This document shows, in pieces, positions 30,590 through 37,327 of a DNA stretch of 64,000 bases. The stretch is from assembly GCA_050949255.1 (NCBI GenBank), contig JBMNFJ010000016.1:140665-204664 (forward strand), read 5' to 3'. The DNA comes from Caldicoprobacterales bacterium (GTDB lineage: Bacteria; Bacillota; Clostridia; Caldicoprobacterales; UBA3941). Numbering within the stretch: position 1 is the first letter of the stretch; each line of letters opens with the position of its first letter. The position numbers and the translations under genes were made by a program. The notes beneath the pieces were generated by a model. It did not search any database. It was not told where the DNA came from and saw only the letters and a list, made by a program, of their open reading frames with translations.

Positions 30590-31537
30590 TTGGTTCAGTT
30601 GATAATTAGTGCCAGCAGAAGAACTGATATACCTGCATTTTTTAGTGATTGGTTCTTTAATAGGATAGCTGACGGCTATGTTCTGGTGAGAAATCCTATG
30701 AATAGCCACCAGATAAGCAGGGTGTCCTTATCTCCTGAGGTGGTTGATTGTATTGTTTTTTGGACAAAAAACCCCGAGAGGATGATACCCGGACTGGACT
30801 TGCTAAAGGAATATTTGTATTATTTTCATTTCACACTAAACCCATATGATTCTACAGTTGAGCAAAACGTGCCCAATAAAGAAACCTTAATAGATACCTT
30901 TCTAAGATTATCTGAAAAATTAGGAGAGAATCGTGTAATTTGGAGATATGATCCGATAATTATAAGCCATGAATTTGATTTGGAATACCATCTTGAACAT
31001 TTCGATTATTTGGCATCAAGGCTTCATAAGCATACAAAAAAGTGTATAATAAGCTTTGTCGATTTTTATGCAAGGGCTAAGAAGAAGCTAAATGCAATGG
31101 ATGCCAAAGAACTTAGTAATATAGAAATAAAGTCCATAGCTTCAAAACTGTCATCCATAGCCAAGGGCTACTCCCTTAAGCTAGAAACTTGTGCTGAGGT
31201 CATTGACTTGGAGAAGTATGGAATAGGTCATTCCAGATGCATAGATTCAGAACTGATAGGAGAGTTATTAGGTAGCAAAATAGATGTAGCAAAGGATAAG
31301 AACCAAAGGGCGGCCTGCGGCTGCGCAGCCAGCATTGACATAGGCGTTTATAATTCATGCAGCCATAATTGTGCCTATTGTTATGCCAATTATAACAAAG
31401 GTGTTATGAAGAAAAACATCGATGCTTATGATGTAAACTCGCCCCTACTGTGCAGTAAGGTGGGGCCGGAAGATAAGATTTATGAAAGAAAAATCCAATC
31501 CTACGTCATAAGGCAGCTGGACATGTTTAAATTATAA
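30590..31537 (+). CDS. DUF1848-family protein with a C-terminal CX3CX2C motif
   Basis: IISASRRTDIPAFFSDWFFNRI is the DUF1848 N-terminal signature. CSHNCAYC lies at nt 31358-31381. The start is uncertain (TTG 30590 or TTG 30599). Confidence 0.7.
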   Translation: MVQLIISASRRTDIPAFFSDWFFNRIADGYVLVRNPMNSHQISRVSLSPEVVDCIVFWTKNPERMIPGLDLLKEYLYYFHFTLNPYDSTVEQNVPNKETLIDTFLRLSEKLGENRVIWRYDPIIISHEFDLEYHLEHFDYLASRLHKHTKKCIISFVDFYARAKKKLNAMDAKELSNIEIKSIASKLSSIAKGYSLKLETCAEVIDLEKYGIGHSRCIDSELIGELLGSKIDVAKDKNQRAACGCAASIDIGVYNSCSHNCAYCYANYNKGVMKKNIDAYDVNSPLLCSKVGPEDKIYERKIQSYVIRQLDMFKL

Positions 31538-31608
31538 CCTAATGTCATAATGCAATTTGTTCGATGGAGTTAACAATATTTATGATATAATTGTCCCGAG
31601 GTGGTCAC

Positions 31609-31983
31609 ATGTTTTTTATTATGGGGATAGCGTCTAAAACAGATAAACTTGATTTTAATCAAAATGTAATCTGTCCAAATTGTGGGCGTTATGGGCGGTA
31701 TGAAGCATTCATGGAATATACAAGTCTTAGTTTGTTTTTCATACCAGTCTTTAAATGGGGTAAAAAATATTACGTGAAAACCAGTTGCTGTGGAAGTACA
31801 TATTCAATCAACCGGGAACTTGGGAGGAAAATAGAAAGAAATGAAGATGTAACTCTGGAGGAACAGGATTTGCATATTATCAGACCAGGTTATGATCATC
31901 GAATTAAGAGGTGTTTGAACTGTGGCTTTGAAACGATAGAAGATTATAGATATTGCCCTAAATGCTCGACTATCCTGGAATAA
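31609..31983 (+). CDS. Zinc-ribbon domain protein
   Basis: SD GAGGTGG upstream of ATG 31609. Cys pairs are CPNCG, a second set in TSCCG, and the C-terminal CLNCG...CPKC. Confidence 0.6.
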   Translation: MFFIMGIASKTDKLDFNQNVICPNCGRYGRYEAFMEYTSLSLFFIPVFKWGKKYYVKTSCCGSTYSINRELGRKIERNEDVTLEEQDLHIIRPGYDHRIKRCLNCGFETIEDYRYCPKCSTILE

Positions 31984-32068
31984 TCCTGGCTATGATATAT
32001 TGTCATATCAATTATGAGTGAGATTTTCTTAACATAAAAATAGACAAATAAAGCGGCAGGTGAAGATA

Positions 32069-33154
32069 ATGAATCATAATAATATCTGGGTGTTATACGG
32101 TGATGATCCAAAATCTATGGTACTGGAAATTCTCAATAAAGTGCAGCCTGAAAAGAATTTGGACAAGGATTCAAACATTGGTATAAAACCAAACCTGGTT
32201 GTCGCCAAGCCATCTACAAGCGGAGCAACAACATCACCGGAACTGGTTGAAGGGATCATAGAATATTTTCAGTCAAAGGGTTATATGAACATATCTATCC
32301 TGGAAGGCTCCTGGATTGGTGATAGGACATCGAGGGCTTTCAGGATATGCGGTTATGAGGATATTTCAGATAGATACAATGTACCACTGATAGACCTACA
32401 AAAGGATGGTTCCATAGAAAAGGAAGTAGACGGCTTAAGGCTGAATATATGCAGAAGTATCTCACAAATAGATTATCTTATCAATGTACCGGTATTAAAG
32501 GGGCATTGCCAGACCAATATAACCTGTGCACTTAAAAACTTAAAGGGGTGCATTCCCAACTCCGAAAAAAGACGGTTTCATACCATGGGTCTTCATAAAC
32601 CTATTGCTTATTTAAGCAAGGCCATTCGGCAGGATCTCATAGTCGTAGATGGCATTATGGGGGATCTGAATTTTGAGGAAGGCGGAAATCCTGTCAGGAT
32701 GAATCGGGTTTTGGTGGGCACAGACCCTGTTATGATGGACAGCTATGCTGCTGATCTGCTGGGCTTTGATTTGGAGGATGTTCCATATATTAAAATGGCT
32801 GAGGATATAGGAGCCGGTAAAACCGATTGGTCAGGCTCTGTAATAGAGCTAAATAGTAACGAAGGCATAAAAATCAATACGGACAAGGGCAGGGTAAGAC
32901 AATTCACCAGGTATATCGAGGAAAGGGATGCATGTTCAGCCTGCTATGGAAGCCTTATTCATGCACTGGATAGGATGCAGGGAAGTGGACAACTTAATAG
33001 GGTCAAATCGAAGTTCTACATAGGACAGCATTATAAAGGCAAAATATTGGATACCGGAACTGGTATAGGAAACTGTGCAAGGGGATGTCCTGATTATGTC
33101 CCCGGCTGCCCGCCAACGGCAAGGGATATACTCCGACATTTTCAAAAAAATTAA
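32069..33154 (+). CDS. DUF362-domain protein with a Cys-rich C-terminus
   Basis: IGIKPNLVVAKPSTSGATTSPELVEGIIEY is the DUF362 core. The C-terminus has CSACYGSL and CARGCPDYVPGCP. SD AGGTGA precedes ATG 32069. Confidence 0.75.
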   Translation: MNHNNIWVLYGDDPKSMVLEILNKVQPEKNLDKDSNIGIKPNLVVAKPSTSGATTSPELVEGIIEYFQSKGYMNISILEGSWIGDRTSRAFRICGYEDISDRYNVPLIDLQKDGSIEKEVDGLRLNICRSISQIDYLINVPVLKGHCQTNITCALKNLKGCIPNSEKRRFHTMGLHKPIAYLSKAIRQDLIVVDGIMGDLNFEEGGNPVRMNRVLVGTDPVMMDSYAADLLGFDLEDVPYIKMAEDIGAGKTDWSGSVIELNSNEGIKINTDKGRVRQFTRYIEERDACSACYGSLIHALDRMQGSGQLNRVKSKFYIGQHYKGKILDTGTGIGNCARGCPDYVPGCPPTARDILRHFQKN

Positions 33155-34626
33155 TGGAATAAGAATGGCGTTCGGATGATTTTCAAATTTATTCCTACAA
33201 AAAAGAATAACCCCCCAAATATTAGCCATTCAACATATTTTCCAATCACCAAGTATAAGGTTTTAGCCGTATTTAGATTAATCAAATAATCCAACGTACC
33301 TATATGGCCATATCCTAGTTCCCCCAGGATACGGCCATTATCATCTATAATTTGAGAGATACCATCCTCATTGGCTACTGCAATGGGTACCCCATACTCT
33401 ACAGCCTCAATTATGGGGTAGTATCTATGGATATTATGGTATATTTCCCCAAATCCACTATCGTTAAATGGGGCTAATATTAGTTCCGCTCCATTGCTTT
33501 TTAGTTTTCTAATTGTCCCTGCATTAATATCATAGCAAATTGATATTCCTAACCTGCCAAATTTAGTTTCATGAATCCCATAGTCTTTTCCCCTAGAATA
33601 AAACTTTGTCTCTTTAAACGGGACCAGATTTCTCTTTCGACTTATTCCCTTTATATTACCTTCCTCCATAAGCAAGGTGGATATAAACCTTTCCTTCTTT
33701 TCCTTTGTCAAACTGTTTCCTTCTGTAACAGTAAAAACTAAGATACCCCCTAATTTTTTCGAAATATCCATGAACCTCTCCCTATGTTCTTTATCTATTT
33801 TATTGCTCGTATCATAGATACCCAGTTCAGTTTCGGGAAATACGACTATATCTGCGGTTTCTTTACTAGCGAGATTTATATAATATGCCAGCTTATTTTC
33901 TATGTAATCTTCATATAACATATTATCTCCTGGGAGATTATAACTTCCCTGAACTACTGCAACCCGCAGTGTTTTATCATAATGTACTTTGCTTTTTGAT
34001 ATTGCTAAATCAAATATATTAGGTATGACAATTAATAACCCACATACTACCAAAACTATAGATGGGATTTTCGCAGATTTAGGGTCTGTTATAATTACCA
34101 CTAAACTTGATAATATTAGCGTAATAATGGCTAAGAGCAAATGTCGACCTACGAGAGATGCTCCCCTTATAGTAAAATAATGGGTTGATATGGGAGACAA
34201 AAGGGGAATCATATGGATATTCCTTAATAACGGGATATTTCCAAACGCAAAATCGAATAAAAAGAAAAATATAGGGATTACACAAAAAATGTATCGTGTT
34301 CCTTCCCACTTTATTAAGGTTTTATACGAAATCCTTCCAAATAGCTCACCTAATAAGACAGCTAATAAAATGCCTATGTAATGCGGAAAGATATATTTCC
34401 ATATGCCAAATCCCAACATAAGAAAATACGGTGTTAAAAAAGAATATAATCCAGCGCGGGTAATATATCCCTTTATAACAAGAAATGAAGCTAGAAGAAT
34501 TCCCAAATAATAAAGAGTTCCCAATGAAGGTCGGATATTTCCCCCTATCAGCATTATCCCTGCTATTAGATATAAAATCGAAATACCTAGATGACTATAA
34601 AAGTTTGTTTGAATATTACTACCCAT
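33151..34626 (-). CDS. Apolipoprotein N-acyltransferase (Lnt)-type membrane CN-hydrolase
   Basis: A polytopic membrane region of about 210 aa at the N-terminus, then a nitrilase-fold domain with FPETE, KRNLVPFKE and ISICYD (the Glu-Lys-Cys triad in Lnt-like context), then a C-terminal TM segment. Confidence 0.75.
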   Translation of the reverse strand: MGSNIQTNFYSHLGISILYLIAGIMLIGGNIRPSLGTLYYLGILLASFLVIKGYITRAGLYSFLTPYFLMLGFGIWKYIFPHYIGILLAVLLGELFGRISYKTLIKWEGTRYIFCVIPIFFFLFDFAFGNIPLLRNIHMIPLLSPISTHYFTIRGASLVGRHLLLAIITLILSSLVVIITDPKSAKIPSIVLVVCGLLIVIPNIFDLAISKSKVHYDKTLRVAVVQGSYNLPGDNMLYEDYIENKLAYYINLASKETADIVVFPETELGIYDTSNKIDKEHRERFMDISKKLGGILVFTVTEGNSLTKEKKERFISTLLMEEGNIKGISRKRNLVPFKETKFYSRGKDYGIHETKFGRLGISICYDINAGTIRKLKSNGAELILAPFNDSGFGEIYHNIHRYYPIIEAVEYGVPIAVANEDGISQIIDDNGRILGELGYGHIGTLDYLINLNTAKTLYLVIGKYVEWLIFGGLFFFVGINLKIIRTPFLFH

Positions 34627-34740
34627 TAGAGCTAGCTTTACTCCACAAAATAATCAATCATATTTTCCATCCATAAAAACGGAACTAAAGGGATATATTG
34701 CAAAAGATATCAAAGTCGCCTTCAAACGCTTACCCAATGC

Positions 34741-35358
34741 TTAAAATCCTATAATCAGAATAGCTTCTATAAATGCCGACAGGACTAACATAGCTATACT
34801 TACTGCAGCCAAAATTCTTTCAGTAAAGTTAATACTAATTTCATTTAGCTTACTTATGCTAGACCATTCTTTTGCAGGGAAAGTTTCAGATATGTACAAT
34901 GATTTTGTAAGAGTAACCCCGCATATTAATGCATAAGACGTAGTTTCCCATAAACCTACCTTTAGATATTGTATATTGGCTTCTAGTACACTGGGAAAGG
35001 GGTATTCAAAAGAATTAGTTCCTGCTGTCCAACCGATCATGATTCCTTGGAATAATAATATTAATATCCCGGGCGTAACTATACCAAACCTTACAAATAT
35101 GTTACCCAAAGCAATAAGGAAAAAGAGTAGTAGATTATTAACAATAATAATGAAAAAAGTTTTGAATAGACTGTCTTCCGTAGAAACTGTATGGATTATA
35201 TCAGCACCTCTGTTCCAAGCATCAAGGTTAAAATAATACGCAATGCCAAAGGTTATCCATAAAACAATCTGAAATAATACCCAGATCACGACACTTCTTT
35301 TCAATGGCCCCATCTCATATAGTGTTATTTTCGGTTTTGGGTTTTTATACATATTCAT
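34741..35358 (-). CDS. Integral membrane protein (about 5 TM segments, possibly SpoIIM/DUF95-like)
   Basis: Hydrophobic 205-aa ORF on the same strand as, and directly upstream of, the Lnt-type gene. Confidence 0.5.
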   Translation of the reverse strand: MNMYKNPKPKITLYEMGPLKRSVVIWVLFQIVLWITFGIAYYFNLDAWNRGADIIHTVSTEDSLFKTFFIIIVNNLLLFFLIALGNIFVRFGIVTPGILILLFQGIMIGWTAGTNSFEYPFPSVLEANIQYLKVGLWETTSYALICGVTLTKSLYISETFPAKEWSSISKLNEISINFTERILAAVSIAMLVLSAFIEAILIIGF

Positions 35359-35778
35359 ACCCCCAAATTATTCAAATACGAAATATTTTTCCCATGTTTA
35401 ATTGGAATTGCCCATTTGGTGCTTTACTGCATTTTAGATAAAATAAAAAATCGGGTATTATATAAATATCCATACTCAAAGATCCTATTTTATTATTTAC
35501 AGTATAACAAGTATAGGAAAATAATGCAATAATTTTGGAGTTATGCTATTTATAGTATGACGATTATGAATATATGTAGCTAAAATATGCTATAATGTTT
35601 TTATGCAATTAGAAAAGAAGCCGCCACGGGACTGATCTTAACATAGGATTATGTTCTAGTTGTATATACTGATACGGTGAAATATTTATGGAAGGTAAGG
35701 CTGGGAGCTTGTATCCATCTCCAGAATTTATTTGTAGGGCTGAGACAAGGGATAAATATGGCAGTTGGAGGTAATTTG

Positions 35779-36810
35779 ATGAGCTTATGGTTATGCAGGG
35801 CTGGAAGACAAGGAGAATATGAAAGCAAGTTTTTAACTGATAAAAGAATATATTTGACTTGGGATCAACTTGATATCGACTTAAATGATGTTGATTCCCA
35901 AGACAATCTGTATGAGATCTTGATTGAGAAATATGATTTGGACAAAAAAAACACAGCTATCAACTGGGCATCCCAGATATGGGCCGGGGCATTTAAGATG
36001 AAAATAGGGGATTGGGTGATATTGCCTAGCAAACTAAACAGGACATTACATTTTGGAAAAATTGTAGGGAATTATGTGTATGATAAATCCCAAGGATCCC
36101 CCTACTACCACTATAGGGCTGTAGATTGGTTTGCTCAGGATATTCCAAGGGATAGGTTTGATCAGGATATTCTATACTCGTTGGGAGCTGCTATGACCAT
36201 CTGTAGAATACACAGAAATAATGCAGAAGCCAGAATTAAAAGCATGGCTGAAAACAATTGGTATGTTGTTAGATCTAGGCCAGTTGTTGAGCAAATGGAG
36301 GAGGTAGATGAGGAAACAGCAATAGACCTGGAAGAGTATATAGCCGATCAAATCTCAGAAAGAATAATTCAGAGGTTTAAAGGCTATAGGATGGAAGAAT
36401 TAATAAACGAAATATTGAAGGCTAAAGGATTTACAACGTTTAAAAGCCCAGAAGGACCAGACTATGGAGTAGACATTTTAGCATCATCGGGTATGCTGGG
36501 TTTTGGTTCGCCTAAGATATGCGTACAGGTAAAGACGGAAGCTAATCCTATCGGTAGACCCGTTTTGGATCAGTTAATTGGTACCATGAGCAACTATAAT
36601 GCTGATTATGGCTTGTTGGTCTCATGGAGTGGTTTTAAGTCATCTGTTACAAGTGAAATATCAAAACAGTTTTTTAAAGTTAGGCTGTGGAGCTCAAAAG
36701 ATATTATACAGGAGATCTTTAATAATTATGAAAAGCTCAGCGATGAAATCAAGGCTGAAATTCCGCTTAAGAGGGTCTGGATGCTGAGCCTGGAAGAGCA
36801 GGAAGGCTGA
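35779..36810 (+). CDS. Mrr-type (PD-(D/E)xK) restriction endonuclease with a distinct N-terminal domain
   Basis: GGAGG sits 8 nt upstream of ATG 35779. The C-terminus has GPDYGVDILAS ... KICVQVK (Mrr_cat-like D...QxK). An acidic linker separates it from an N-terminal domain of about 165 aa. Confidence 0.75.
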   Translation: MSLWLCRAGRQGEYESKFLTDKRIYLTWDQLDIDLNDVDSQDNLYEILIEKYDLDKKNTAINWASQIWAGAFKMKIGDWVILPSKLNRTLHFGKIVGNYVYDKSQGSPYYHYRAVDWFAQDIPRDRFDQDILYSLGAAMTICRIHRNNAEARIKSMAENNWYVVRSRPVVEQMEEVDEETAIDLEEYIADQISERIIQRFKGYRMEELINEILKAKGFTTFKSPEGPDYGVDILASSGMLGFGSPKICVQVKTEANPIGRPVLDQLIGTMSNYNADYGLLVSWSGFKSSVTSEISKQFFKVRLWSSKDIIQEIFNNYEKLSDEIKAEIPLKRVWMLSLEEQEG

Positions 36811-36896
36811 GATATCAGTACTATCGTGTTATACAGTAAAGAATCTTAGAATTAGGAACACGTATATTTATACAGTCGACAAAATCATGGTTACCC

Positions 36897-36925
36897 TTGA
36901 CAATAAAATCAGAATTTGATAAATT
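36897..36925 (+). promoter_or_regulatory. Promoter of the T-box leader (extended -10)
   Basis: TTGACA (36897-36902), a 17-nt spacer containing TGA, then TAAATT (36920-36925). Confidence 0.6.
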
Positions 36926-36946
36926 AACAGGCAATACTATAAAAAG

Positions 36947-37228
36947 CCATGATGGGGAAAAAGCATTGTAATCTCCTTTCAGAGAGCTGTTGGTTGCTGG
37001 AAAACAGTAGGAATTACAAAGGCGAGCTCGCCCTGGAGCAGTTTTGCCGAAAGTAGTTATTTTTTTATAGCTATTAGTAGGCAAGACCGGATTTATCCGC
37101 CGTTATACGGGTGTGTAGGTGTCTTTCTTGACCCTATCATTGAGTGGATATATAAATATCAATTAGAGTGGTACCACGGAAGTTAAGGCTTTCGTCTCTA
37201 GCATAATGCTGAAGACGAGAGCCTTTTT
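36947..37228 (+). promoter_or_regulatory. T-box riboswitch leader (tRNA-sensing antiterminator), probable CUC (Leu) specifier
   Basis: GA/K-turn UGAUGG (36950) pairs with GGAGCA (37035). AG bulge AGAGAG at 36981-36986. Distal hairpin CUGUU...AACAG at 36987-37007. F-box CCGUUA at 37100-37105. T-box AGAGUGGUACCACG at 37165-37178. Antiterminator helices are AGAG/CUCU and ACGGAAG/CUUUCGU. The competing terminator is GGCUUUCGUCU (37187-37197) with AGACGAGAGCC (37213-37223) plus UUUUU. Confidence 0.85.
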
Positions 37229-37327
37229 AAGTTTATACATTTTTAGAAATATAATAGTGGAAGTTTCAAAATATATTTCAGTATATTTGAAATCCCTTTA
37301 GGAGATGAAAAACTAGGAGGAAAGAGC

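Noticed and set aside
36821-37084. An 87-aa minus-strand ORF in the gap between the Mrr-type gene and the fusion gene.
   Set aside because: It overlaps the promoter and Stem I of the plus-strand T-box leader, which explains the conservation-like structure of this region. There is no RBS.
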